Below are positions 40,927 to 50,365 of a DNA stretch of 64,000 nucleotides, one piece after another. The stretch is from Christensenellaceae bacterium (GTDB taxonomy: Bacteria > Bacillota > Clostridia > Christensenellales > CAG-138): contig JAFLSU010000009.1 in NCBI GenBank assembly GCA_022510765.1, forward strand, positions 4,594 through 68,593, read 5' to 3'. Numbering within the stretch: position 1 is the first letter of the stretch; every line of letters begins with the position of its first letter. Below the pieces are notes generated by a model. The model was given only the letters and a program-made list of their open reading frames with translations, was not told the origin of the DNA and did not search any database. The position numbers were made by a program, and so were the translations under genes.

Positions 40927-42201
40927 TCAGCCGTCCTTCATGGCGCGAATCAACAAATCAAGATAGAATCGGAAGCTGCGTGAGGCAATGCTTTCGGTGG
41001 CAAGCAGCGTGGTCTCTCCGATCTTCTCGCCGCCCGAGTAGAATTCAGCCGTGCCAAGCTCCTCTCCGCCGATTATGGGCGCGGTGATGTCACCCTTTAA
41101 GCTGACCCTTACCTCAATTTGCAGTTCCGTACCCTTTCGTACAGGTATGATTATATCCTGTTTTGCCGATAATGCCAAGATGCTTTTTTCGCCGTTCGGC
41201 ACGAGACAGCGGGCTATCTCCGCGCCCGCCTCCACCGCTTTGCACATAGAGTAGTTCGCAAAGCCGTAATCGAGCATCTCGGAAGCGACATCAAACATCG
41301 GGCGGCAGTTCAGCACCGCCCCTACGAGCATCATTCCGTCGCGCTCCGCCGCGAACAGCAGGCAGCGTCCTGCCGCCATGGTGTAGCCCGTTTTTACGCC
41401 GACAGCACCATCATAATCCCAAAGCAGGGCATTCTTGTTTTTCATCGTGCGTGAGGTCGATCCCGTCGATGAGGTATGATACTGCGTGGATACGATGGTT
41501 CGAAAATTCTCATTTTTCAATGCCTCCGCACCGATAAGCGCAAGCTCGTATGCGGTCGTATAATGTTCATCGTCATGCAGTCCATTCGGCGTGACAAAAT
41601 GGGTATCCTGAAGGCCCAATAGCTCCGCGCGCTCGTTCATCATCTCCACGAAGCCTTCAACGCTGCCGCCCACATGAATAGCGAGCGCGACAGCCGCGTC
41701 ATTGCCCGACAGAAGCATCAGTCCGTACAACAAATCCTCCACCGAGACCTTCTCTCCGGCTTTAAGATACATGCTCGAACCTTCCACGCCCTGCGCTTCA
41801 CGTGGAATCTCAACGATTTCGTTCATTGAGCAATTTTCAAGCACTACGAGTGCCGTCATCGTCTTTGTGGTGCTCGCCATTGGCAGGTGCGAGTCGCAGT
41901 TGCCCTTCAAAAGCAATTTGCCCGTGCTCGCCTCGATAAGCGCGGAGGCGGAGGCGGAACTCATGCCTGGTACGCTGTTTGACAAGCTTAACCTCGAAGC
42001 GGATGCCGCGACGCTTTCATCAAGACTTGGCACGCCAGTGCAAACCGTGCGCACGCCCACACAAACCGTGGGCGCGCCCGTGCGAACTGTTCGCGCATCA
42101 AAGGCGTTTTCGCCCAACGCGCCCGTACAAACGCCGAAAAGCACCGCCGCAGCAACGAGCGCGGTGGTGCATATGCGTATTAGCCTATGCAAGGATTTCA
42201 A
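40927..42201 (-). CDS. dacB: D-alanyl-D-alanine carboxypeptidase (DacB/DacF-like)
   Basis: ASTTK (SxxK), SGNDAA (SxN), KTG; ytfJ synteny. Confidence 0.85.
   Translation of the reverse strand: MKSLHRLIRICTTALVAAAVLFGVCTGALGENAFDARTVRTGAPTVCVGVRTVCTGVPSLDESVAASASRLSLSNSVPGMSSASASALIEASTGKLLLKGNCDSHLPMASTTKTMTALVVLENCSMNEIVEIPREAQGVEGSSMYLKAGEKVSVEDLLYGLMLLSGNDAAVALAIHVGGSVEGFVEMMNERAELLGLQDTHFVTPNGLHDDEHYTTAYELALIGAEALKNENFRTIVSTQYHTSSTGSTSRTMKNKNALLWDYDGAVGVKTGYTMAAGRCLLFAAERDGMMLVGAVLNCRPMFDVASEMLDYGFANYSMCKAVEAGAEIARCLVPNGEKSILALSAKQDIIIPVRKGTELQIEVRVSLKGDITAPIIGGEELGTAEFYSGGEKIGETTLLATESIASRSFRFYLDLLIRAMKDG
42030..42092 (-). repeat. 21-bp in-frame tandem repeat x3 after the DacB signal peptide
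   Basis: gcacgccagtgcaaaccgtgc / gcacgcccacacaaaccgtgg / gcgcgcccgtgcgaactgttc. Confidence 0.7.
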
Positions 42202-42725
42202 GCTTCCATCCCTCCGTCTTGCGCTTCATTCGAGTCATCCTGTTCATCACCACAGCAGCAACCCGCCATGCCGCCATTGCCGGAGGATGAATTTGAGCTA
42301 TTCTCGCTGCACTCGCATTTACGGCACAGGCAGTCGATCCCGGCGTTCACGAGCTTTTCGATTCCCTTTAGCGCATGAGGTATCATATCCACCAATCTAT
42401 CCGTTACGCATTTTTGATTTGCGGGCAGAACCCTTACATTTCCTTCCTCAACGGTCAGGAAAGCGAGCGGGGATATGCTCATTCCGACCGCCGAAGCGCC
42501 CGCGAAGGGATAGTTACTGCCGTTTGCCTCATCCGCCGCTTTCTTTGCGGTTGACATGTTGCCATATTCACCGCCGCCGACCAGAAAACCCAGGGATACT
42601 TTGGAAACGGGCAGGATCATGGTCTGGTTGGCCGTGACAACGGGATCCCCTATGACGGTATTCACATCGACCATTCCCTTAATTTGCTCCATTGAGGTGT
42701 GCATTATGTTTTCGATAGGATGCAT
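42198..42725 (-). CDS. ytfJ: GerW/YtfJ family sporulation protein
   Basis: MVDVNTVIGDP, PVSKVSLGF, PFAGASAVG. Confidence 0.92.
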   Translation of the reverse strand: MHPIENIMHTSMEQIKGMVDVNTVIGDPVVTANQTMILPVSKVSLGFLVGGGEYGNMSTAKKAADEANGSNYPFAGASAVGMSISPLAFLTVEEGNVRVLPANQKCVTDRLVDMIPHALKGIEKLVNAGIDCLCRKCECSENSSNSSSGNGGMAGCCCGDEQDDSNEAQDGGMEA

Positions 42726-42729
42726 ACTC

Positions 42730-43374
42730 TTACTTTTCTCCTTTATGTTTTTTTACAGAGACGGCTTTTGACGCTGCTGTTGCAGCCTTCTCCGCTGCTG
42801 CAGCCGCCACTGCGTTTTTGATTAGCTTTAGCGGTATTGCGCTGAGTATTCCTTCCAATTTCAGGTTAAAAGTGCGTCTTGTAAGACAAGGGAAGAAGTT
42901 CACTATCAACCGTTCGGGCTGCTTTTTATCGAGCGCAAGCGGAAGCCCTAATCTTATAGCGGTATCGATGACTATGCGTATGACACCTGCCCAGATAACG
43001 CTTACGAACGCATCGGACGGTATGCCGATCTCACCCGTGACTTCAACGGCTTCGACCGTCATGCCGGAGCGTATTGCCCTAATGACAGCCTTATCAACGG
43101 TCGTATTTTTTTTCTTTTTTTCACCAATTATTTTTAAAACGCGAAGCCCTCCGCCGCGTTCGTAACGCATGACGCGAATGCCGTCACACGGCTCATATTC
43201 AATCCGGTAGCGGAGGTTAATCGGTATTAGATTAAAGAACAGGCGGAAGCAAAGCCCGATCTCGACAAAATATCTGCCGAGATGCAGCTTGATGCAAAGC
43301 CGTATTTTGCTTAGCAAGAGGATAGCGATGATGCCCGCCACCGCTGCCACGATCGCCCACGCCAAACGTCCCAC
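42730..43374 (-). CDS. DUF2953 (YtfI-like) protein
   Basis: N-terminal TM, position upstream of ytfJ; sigmaF-like TCATA-N14-TGGAATAAT upstream. Confidence 0.75.
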   Translation of the reverse strand: MGRLAWAIVAAVAGIIAILLLSKIRLCIKLHLGRYFVEIGLCFRLFFNLIPINLRYRIEYEPCDGIRVMRYERGGGLRVLKIIGEKKKKNTTVDKAVIRAIRSGMTVEAVEVTGEIGIPSDAFVSVIWAGVIRIVIDTAIRLGLPLALDKKQPERLIVNFFPCLTRRTFNLKLEGILSAIPLKLIKNAVAAAAAEKAATAASKAVSVKKHKGEK

Positions 43375-43603
43375 CGCCTTTCCGATTGATTCGTTCGCCG
43401 TGATTAGCGTTTGCCGTGAAAAAGAAAATTATTCCATGAATGAAGAAAGCTATGAATTGCTTTGAATAATAAAAAGAGCGCACCATAAACGATTGCATGG
43501 CACACTCTTTCGGTGAAAGTGAAAGTAAATGCTATATTTTTGCCCAAAGCGGCTTTATTTTGACCACTTGAGCGGGTTTGTTGTTATTTGCTGCATGAAT
43601 CCA

Positions 43604-44890
43604 CTATGGCTGAATCAATCCCAATGCTATGCGCAGGATGATTAAAGCGTCAGCCGCAGTGACAACGCCGTCACCATTGACATCGGCTCGAGTTAGTTGC
43701 TCATCGGTAAGTGTATCAAGGCCAAGAGCACTGCGTAGAGCAATAAGTGCGTCAATTGTAGTGATCTCACCGTCACCGTCAACGTCGCCGGTTGGCGTCG
43801 GTGTCGGGGTTGGCGTCGGGGCAGAGGTAGGATCGGGATCATTGCCTTCGAGCGTGAATTTAGCGACAAAATCTGTAACCGAGCAATTCCTAAGGTTAAA
43901 AACCAAGTCCATTGAGAGCAGGTTTCCATCCGTGTCATACCAGCCAAGGAAAAAGCTTCCTTTAGCGGGCACTGCGACAGTATACCATCCCGAACCCGAA
44001 GTACCCCAACCATAGCAACTAATGAAGCCATTGCCCTCTGCGATTATGCTGTTAATTAAAAGGTAAGGGTTATTACTTAAATCCAGTTCTGTAAGCTGGT
44101 TGTATTCGCACCACAGATTCTTAAGTTTGGTATTGCTGCTGACATCCAGCTCTGTGAGTTGGTTGTTATTACAAGCCAGACCCCAAAGTGCGGTACAGTT
44201 GCTGACATCCAGTTTTGTAAGCTGATTGTGTCCGCAACTCAGAGAATAAAGTGTGGTATTGCTGCTGAAATCCAGCTCTGTGAGTTGGTTGAAATCACAA
44301 TACAGAGTCCTAAGTGCGGTACAGCCGCTGACATCCAGCTCTGTAAGTCGGTTATCGGAGCAAACCAGCTCTTCGAGTGCAGTACAGCCGCTGACATCCA
44401 GCTCTGTAAGTCGGTTGTTGTAGCAATATAGCTGGCTAAGTCTGGTACAGCCGCTTAGGTCAAGCTGCCCGTAGAGAGCTTGATCGGACAAACTTACATT
44501 CTTTATCCTTTTGCCGTCATCGCTGTCTATCCAAGCGATTCCTCTCCAAGTCGATGGATCATCTGGGTCATAATCATCGCTCAACTTTTCTCCGTTCTTT
44601 ACGCCGTCCGGGTCTGTGGTTTCAAGAAACGCTCTCAATTTTTGATATTCGTGCTCGTTATAGCCTTCGGGGGTCTTGACCGGGTAATCCGCAGGTTCGT
44701 TTGATGTGCTGTTTGTTGGAACAGCTGCATGGTTTTTCGCCAATCCGGCTATAGAATTGGCTATTGAGTTGGCTGCAGTCTTAATTAACGGATAGGTTCC
44801 TTCCGCGAGTGCCGCGAAGGGGATTGCCGCGAACAAAAGCATCAACGCAAGAGCGGACGCTATGACGCGCAGAGTTGTTTTGCTTTTCAT
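43604..44890 (-). CDS. secreted LRR protein with PT linker and C-terminal dockerin
   Basis: Signal peptide, 21-aa LRRs, PTPTPT linker, GDVDGDG...ADVNGDG dockerin; paralogue of 30951-32146. Confidence 0.9.
   Translation of the reverse strand: MKSKTTLRVIASALALMLLFAAIPFAALAEGTYPLIKTAANSIANSIAGLAKNHAAVPTNSTSNEPADYPVKTPEGYNEHEYQKLRAFLETTDPDGVKNGEKLSDDYDPDDPSTWRGIAWIDSDDGKRIKNVSLSDQALYGQLDLSGCTRLSQLYCYNNRLTELDVSGCTALEELVCSDNRLTELDVSGCTALRTLYCDFNQLTELDFSSNTTLYSLSCGHNQLTKLDVSNCTALWGLACNNNQLTELDVSSNTKLKNLWCEYNQLTELDLSNNPYLLINSIIAEGNGFISCYGWGTSGSGWYTVAVPAKGSFFLGWYDTDGNLLSMDLVFNLRNCSVTDFVAKFTLEGNDPDPTSAPTPTPTPTPTGDVDGDGEITTIDALIALRSALGLDTLTDEQLTRADVNGDGVVTAADALIILRIALGLIQP
44073..44460 (-). repeat. 63-bp tandem repeats encoding LRR units
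   Basis: gctgacatccagctctgt core recurring every 63 bp at ~44136, 44199, 44262, 44325, 44388. Confidence 0.85.
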
Positions 44891-44899
44891 CTGTTTTTC

Positions 44900-45298
44900 C
44901 TCCGAAAAAATTATTCTTTTGGGTGCAACTCGAAAGCTACAGCGCAAAACAACTGAAGCTCCCGTGTGAGTCGATCCCCGGCGGAATCGTAGGGCAGGAC
45001 AATGCCTGCCAGCAAATAGACCGGAGCGGCAATCCTTTTATGAATCGTCCCTCCGCGCTGTCCTGCGCCTACATATCCTTAGGAGAAACAAAACGCCTAC
45101 CGTGTAACAACATACACAATAGGCGAAAACCCTCTCACACGGGAGCCATGGCCTTCGCAAAAAACTTGAAAAGCTAATAACTCTACCGTATAATAGACTA
45201 AGCGTGCGCGGAATAAACCGCTGTGTATGTGCGTGTTCCACATATGCAGGTCGATGGGTGCGGCAACACCCTTCGACTGCCGCGTTTATTTGTTTCTA
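44900..45298 (-). ncRNA. ~410-nt structured 5' leader candidate of the LRR-dockerin gene
   Basis: 13-bp perfect long-range stem 44958-70/45134-46 enclosing several stems; G-U pairs favour - strand. Confidence 0.5.
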
Positions 45299-45304
45299 TG
45301 GTTG

Positions 45305-45333
45305 AGTATAATTCCAATTTTGGCGTTTGTCAA
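45305..45333 (-). promoter_or_regulatory. sigmaA promoter
   Basis: TTGACA-N17-TATACT. Confidence 0.8.
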
Positions 45334-45763
45334 CACCTATTTGGGATAATTTGGAAGAATAAAAGAAGTGAACGCCATTGACCTATAATAATATTGAAAT
45401 CAGTTTATAAGATGTATGCCCAAGAATCAGACCCGCAAGAATTAAGTCGGTTTGGGGTATTATAAGGTGCATGGGAAAGGATATGATGCAAAATCGGTTC
45501 GGAAAAGCAGCAGTTCAACAGCCGGGGAACCAAGAGAGATTCCGGCGGCAAAAATTTTTAAAACAACGCATGAACCAAGCAGGAAAAAAGGAAATGATGG
45601 AGAATAATGATAAATTGGGCAAGGATGGAAAACTTTTGTGTCTTGTACTCAGGTTCATCCTTCATTACCATATTTTGGTTGTGGTGAATAACGCATTTAT
45701 ACGTACATTTATGCGCGCATGTGTGCGGCATGAGTTGCCGCATAGTGCGAAAAGGAGGGCTTT

Positions 45764-46123
45764 ATGGATCCAATTGTAGTGCTTATTACAGGCATGTGCG
45801 TCGTGTTTTTAGGCATTGTTGTGTTGATATGCATAGTCAAGCTTATGAGCCTTGGCTGTGCTGTTTTTAAGCACAAGGATAAGAACGCTGGAGCGGTCTC
45901 GGGCAACCGAGTTGGCGCGGCTCAATCAAGGTCAAATAGGACGGAGTTGAACAGGCCCAGCGCGGCCGGAGCGCATACCGCCGTTGCTACCGCAGGAGCA
46001 GCAAGCGTCGCGATGCCTGCCGAAAAGCGCAGGGAGCTGATCGCAGTCATCTCCGCATCGATCGCGGAAACCATGGGTACGAATGCCGCTGGTATCCGCA
46101 TTAAGTCAATAAAAAAATTGTAA
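45764..46123 (+). CDS. oadG: Na+-pumping decarboxylase gamma subunit (OadG family)
   Basis: N-terminal TM GMCVVFLGIVVLI, C-terminal ELIAVISASIA...IRIKSIKK. Confidence 0.85.
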   Translation: MDPIVVLITGMCVVFLGIVVLICIVKLMSLGCAVFKHKDKNAGAVSGNRVGAAQSRSNRTELNRPSAAGAHTAVATAGAASVAMPAEKRRELIAVISASIAETMGTNAAGIRIKSIKKL

Positions 46124-46239
46124 TTTTCTCAAAACTATAGTTTCTTAAAAGCTTTAATTCGGACGGGAGCAAAGGCTTTCCGAACGAAATCGGTATAGAA
46201 AATCATCATTATTAAGGCGAATGCCAAAGGAGAATCATC

Positions 46240-46593
46240 ATGCGTAAGTTCATTGTAAACGTCAACGGTACTTCCTATGAGGTCGAAGTTGAGGAGCTCA
46301 GCGGACAAGAGGCGGAGAAGGCTTCAAAACCTGCCGCTGCGGCTAAACCCGCCTCTGCAGCTCCATCGCTTTCGGGCAGCGAAAAGACCATAAATGCGCC
46401 CATGCCCGGCAATATCCTGTCGGTAAACGTTAAGCCCGGCGATAGCTTCAGAAGCGGTCAGGTGCTTCTCGTGCTTGAAGCGATGAAGATGGAGAACGAG
46501 ATAATGGCTCCGCACGATGGCAAGGTGGTTGCTGTAAACGTGCAGAAGGGCGCCTCCGTCAATACCGGGGATATGCTTATCGCATATAATTAA
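46240..46593 (+). CDS. biotin carboxyl carrier protein
   Basis: APMPGNI, EAMKMENE biotinylation motif. Confidence 0.95.
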   Translation: MRKFIVNVNGTSYEVEVEELSGQEAEKASKPAAAAKPASAAPSLSGSEKTINAPMPGNILSVNVKPGDSFRSGQVLLVLEAMKMENEIMAPHDGKVVAVNVQKGASVNTGDMLIAYN

Positions 46594-46653
46594 TGAAGCG
46601 ATTGAAGATAAACTTACCTGCAAGAAATAAAAACAGGGAAAATCTGATGTGTT

Positions 46654-47841
46654 ATGGGATCGATAATTGATGTTTTTTCGGACTTCTGGAGCGAAACGGG
46701 CTTTGCGGCGCTGTTCAACGCACCCGGCTCATGGAAGTATATCGTAATGATCGGCGTCGCCTGCGTGCTTCTGTACCTTGCGATCGTCCATAAGTTTGAA
46801 CCTCTGCTGCTGATACCGATCGCGTTCGGTATGCTGCTTACGAACCTTCCTAACTCCGGTATGTTCCACGAGGAATTATTCGCGGGCGGACATATCGATT
46901 GGGGAGCTCTGTCGCATTCGGGCGGTCTTATAGACTACCTCTATCTTGGCGTAAAGCTCGGCATCTATCCGTCACTTATATTCCTTGGCGTTGGCGCGAT
47001 GACCGACTTTGGCCCGTTGATCGCAAACCCCAAGAGCCTGCTGCTTGGCGCGGCGGCACAGCTTGGAATCTTTGTAGCCTTCATCGGTGCGGCTAAGATT
47101 CTTGGTTACTCAAACGAACTCGCAGCCTCCATCGGCATCATCGGCGGTGCGGACGGCCCCACGGCGATTTTCGTCACCTCAAGGCTTGCACCGCAATACC
47201 TTGGGCCAATTGCGATCGCGGCGTACTCCTATATGGCACTCATCGGCCCAATCCAGAGGCCGATAATGCGCGCGCTGACGACTAAAAAGGAACGCTCCAT
47301 CGTCATGAAGCAGCTCCGTCCCGTAAGCAAGACCGAGCGCATCATGTTCCCGATCGTCGTCACCATCGCGGTAGCTTTGCTCGTTCCCTCGGCGGCTTCC
47401 CTCGTTGGCATGCTCATGCTCGGCAATCTCGTGCGTGAGAGCGGCGTTACCGAACGCCTCTCAAGGACAGCGCAGAACGAGCTTTGTAATATCGTTACCA
47501 TCTTCCTCGGCATCAGCGTCGGCGCGACGGCGACCGCCGCAACCTTCATATCTTGGACTACGCTGGGCATCATAGGCATGGGTATATTCGCGTTCGTGTT
47601 CGGAACGATGGGTGGACTGCTGCTTGCAAAGCTTATGAACCTGCTTTCGGGCGGCAAAATTAACCCCCTCATCGGTTCTGCAGGCGTGTCGGCGGTGCCC
47701 ATGGCGGCGCGTATCTCCCAGATGGAGGGACAGCGCGAGAATCCCGGTAATTTCCTGCTCATGCACGCAATGGGCCCCAATGTGGCAGGCGTTATCGGCT
47801 CCGCGATCGCGGCCGGCGTGTTCCTTTCCCTGTTTGGCTGA
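46654..47841 (+). CDS. oadB: Na+-translocating decarboxylase beta subunit
   Basis: [33 protein letters not shown]. Confidence 0.95.
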   Translation: MGSIIDVFSDFWSETGFAALFNAPGSWKYIVMIGVACVLLYLAIVHKFEPLLLIPIAFGMLLTNLPNSGMFHEELFAGGHIDWGALSHSGGLIDYLYLGVKLGIYPSLIFLGVGAMTDFGPLIANPKSLLLGAAAQLGIFVAFIGAAKILGYSNELAASIGIIGGADGPTAIFVTSRLAPQYLGPIAIAAYSYMALIGPIQRPIMRALTTKKERSIVMKQLRPVSKTERIMFPIVVTIAVALLVPSAASLVGMLMLGNLVRESGVTERLSRTAQNELCNIVTIFLGISVGATATAATFISWTTLGIIGMGIFAFVFGTMGGLLLAKLMNLLSGGKINPLIGSAGVSAVPMAARISQMEGQRENPGNFLLMHAMGPNVAGVIGSAIAAGVFLSLFG

Positions 47842-47882
47842 TAAGTCCAAACGGGTACTTGAAATATTTTTAGGAGTTAATT

Positions 47883-49349
47883 ATGGGTAAACTTTTCATT
47901 ACGGATACGATTTTGCGCGATGCGCACCAATCCCAGGCTGCGACCCGAATGAGGACGGATGAAATGCTCCCCGCTTGTGAGATACTCGACAGCATAGGCT
48001 ATTGGTCGCTCGAATGCTGGGGCGGCGCAACCTTTGATTCGTGCCTGCGCTTCCTCAACGAGGATCCGTGGGATAGGCTGCGCACATTGAAGAAGGCGCT
48101 GCCGCATACGAGGCTCCAAATGCTGTTCAGGGGGCAGAACATCCTTGGCTATAAGCATTACGCCGATGACGTTGTTGAACAGTTCTGCCGTAAGGCGATC
48201 GAAAACGGCATAGATGTAATTCGCATATTCGATGCGTTGAACGATGTAAGAAACCTTGAATCGGCGATCAAATTTACAAAGAAATACGGCGGGCATTGCG
48301 AACCCGCGCTGAGCTACACGATCAGCCCCGTTCATAATGAAGATTATTTCGTGAAGCTTGCAAAGGAGCTTGTCCAGATGGGCGCGGATTCGATTTGCAT
48401 CAAGGACATGGCGAACCTGTTGCTGCCGATACCAGCATACAATCTTATAAAGAGGCTCAAATCCGAGGTGAACGTCCCCATCCATCTGCATACTCACAAC
48501 ACCACGGGTACGGGCGATATGACTTTGCTCATGGCAGCCTATGCGGGTGTGGATATAGTGGATACCGCGCTCTCGCCCCTTGGCAACGGTACGAGCCAGC
48601 CTGCGACCGAAAGCCTTGTCGCGACGCTGCAGGGTACTAAATACGATACCGGTCTTGATCTTGGAAAGCTGAGTGAGGCGGCGAAGCTCTTCCGCCCCGT
48701 TGCCGCAAGGCTCAAGGAGGACGGTTTCCTCGATCCGAAGGTGCTTTCGGTGGATACGAATACCCTCATATATCAGGTGCCGGGCGGAATGCTGTCCAAC
48801 CTGATCTCGCAGCTCAAGCAGGCAAATGCGGAGGACAAATATTATGACGTGCTTCAAGAGGTTCCGCGCGTTCGCAAGGATTTTGGCTATCCTCCCCTCG
48901 TAACGCCCACGAGCCAGATCGTAGGCTCCCAGGCGGTGCTGAATGTTATCGCGGGTGAGCGTTATAAGATGTTCACAAAGGAATCAAAGGGTTTGCTCAG
49001 GGGTGAGTACGGCAGGCTTCCCGGAACGGTCAATGAATCCGTCCGCAAAAAGGCAATAGGGGATGCTAAGGTCATAGAATGCCGTCCTGCGGACTTGCTC
49101 GAGCCCGAGCTTGAAAAGTATAAGGCCGAGCTTGGTGACATTGCCGAAAAGGATGAGGACGTGCTTAGCTACGCGCTTTTCCCGCAGGTCGCGATGAAGT
49201 TCTTTGAAAACAGGCATAATCCTGCTTCCACGGCCGATAAGGCGGTCAATGCATCGGTAAATAAGCCTGACAATAAACAGGCTGCTCCGGAGCGCAGTGC
49301 GGTTATAAATTTATATGTTGAAGATTTGACGGAGGATACGCCGCTGTAG
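47883..49349 (+). CDS. oadA: oxaloacetate decarboxylase alpha / pyruvate carboxylase B carboxyltransferase (no biotin domain)
   Basis: LRDAHQS, WGGATFD, HLHTH, PPLVTPTSQIVG. Confidence 0.92.
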   Translation: MGKLFITDTILRDAHQSQAATRMRTDEMLPACEILDSIGYWSLECWGGATFDSCLRFLNEDPWDRLRTLKKALPHTRLQMLFRGQNILGYKHYADDVVEQFCRKAIENGIDVIRIFDALNDVRNLESAIKFTKKYGGHCEPALSYTISPVHNEDYFVKLAKELVQMGADSICIKDMANLLLPIPAYNLIKRLKSEVNVPIHLHTHNTTGTGDMTLLMAAYAGVDIVDTALSPLGNGTSQPATESLVATLQGTKYDTGLDLGKLSEAAKLFRPVAARLKEDGFLDPKVLSVDTNTLIYQVPGGMLSNLISQLKQANAEDKYYDVLQEVPRVRKDFGYPPLVTPTSQIVGSQAVLNVIAGERYKMFTKESKGLLRGEYGRLPGTVNESVRKKAIGDAKVIECRPADLLEPELEKYKAELGDIAEKDEDVLSYALFPQVAMKFFENRHNPASTADKAVNASVNKPDNKQAAPERSAVINLYVEDLTEDTPL

Positions 49350-49512
49350 TGCTTGATTGGTTATTGTTTTGAAAGTTTCGGCGTGAGACTGCAATATATA
49401 AGACCAATAGCTATGGCATATTGAATCTTTCATTTAATAAATCAGATTTTTGTTTGAAAAGTGGTTCCTTTCTTGCTATAATACCCTCATGACATTGTAT
49501 CATGGGGGTATT

Positions 49513-50286
49513 ATGCGTATCCTTATTGTAAATGATGATGGTTTTTTGGCGGCGGGCATCGAAGCGTTAGTTAAGGCTCTAATCGGAGAGCATGAACTTC
49601 TCGTCTGTGCGCCGAAGAACAACCAAAGTGCCGTAGGACACGGCATTACGCTGCATCGTACGCTGCATGTGGAGCAGGTGACGCTTCCGGGCTGCACGCA
49701 TGTCAATGCATACTGTGTTGACGGAACTCCTGCCGACTGCACGAGGGTTGCTGTGGGAAACCTTGGTTTTGAGCCGGAACTCGTGATCTCAGGTATAAAT
49801 CAGGCTCCCAATCTTGGCACGGATGTGCTGTACTCGGGTACGGTCGCTGCCGCAGAGGAGGCGGCGATGCTTGGCTATCGTTCGATAGCTGTATCGAAGG
49901 ACGGCTTTGATACGGAGTATTTTGACGATGTAGCTAAGGTATTTTGTGAGCAGCTCCCGCTGTTTTTTGGCCTTCTTAACGATGAACACAGGCTGCTCAA
50001 CGTGAATTTTCCGAACCTCCCGAGAGCCGAGTATAGGGGAATCCGCGCGGGTCATCTCGCCGAACAATGCTATCCGGTCAAGTATGACGAAGTCGATGCG
50101 CAGGATGGCCGGATGGAGCTTAAAATAGTAAGTCTTAAGCTTACCGAATGCTATGAAAGCGATACGACCGATGAAAAACTGGTACGTGACGGATTTATCT
50201 CCGTTACGCCGCTCAAATATGATATTACCGACTATGCGCGTCTTGAAATGATGAAGCGCGTGATCGAGAAGGATTTTCGCGCATGA
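49513..50286 (+). CDS. surE: 5'/3'-nucleotidase SurE
   Basis: ILIVNDDG, GTPADC, SGTVAAAEE. Confidence 0.93.
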   Translation: MRILIVNDDGFLAAGIEALVKALIGEHELLVCAPKNNQSAVGHGITLHRTLHVEQVTLPGCTHVNAYCVDGTPADCTRVAVGNLGFEPELVISGINQAPNLGTDVLYSGTVAAAEEAAMLGYRSIAVSKDGFDTEYFDDVAKVFCEQLPLFFGLLNDEHRLLNVNFPNLPRAEYRGIRAGHLAEQCYPVKYDEVDAQDGRMELKIVSLKLTECYESDTTDEKLVRDGFISVTPLKYDITDYARLEMMKRVIEKDFRA

Positions 50287-50365
50287 CCGAGATGGGTTTC
50301 AATGCGCGACCAAAGGGATTTAGCGCATAACAAAGGGATTCTGTGCGGAACCGAAAGGAATTTAA

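Noticed and set aside
45020-45060. SAM-I riboswitch (GGAGGGAC on - strand)
   Set aside because: No AUC/GAU P1, no GCAACC or pseudoknot elements
45471-45779. 102-aa ORF upstream of oadG
   Set aside because: Low-complexity, no motif; likely the regulatory region of the oad operon
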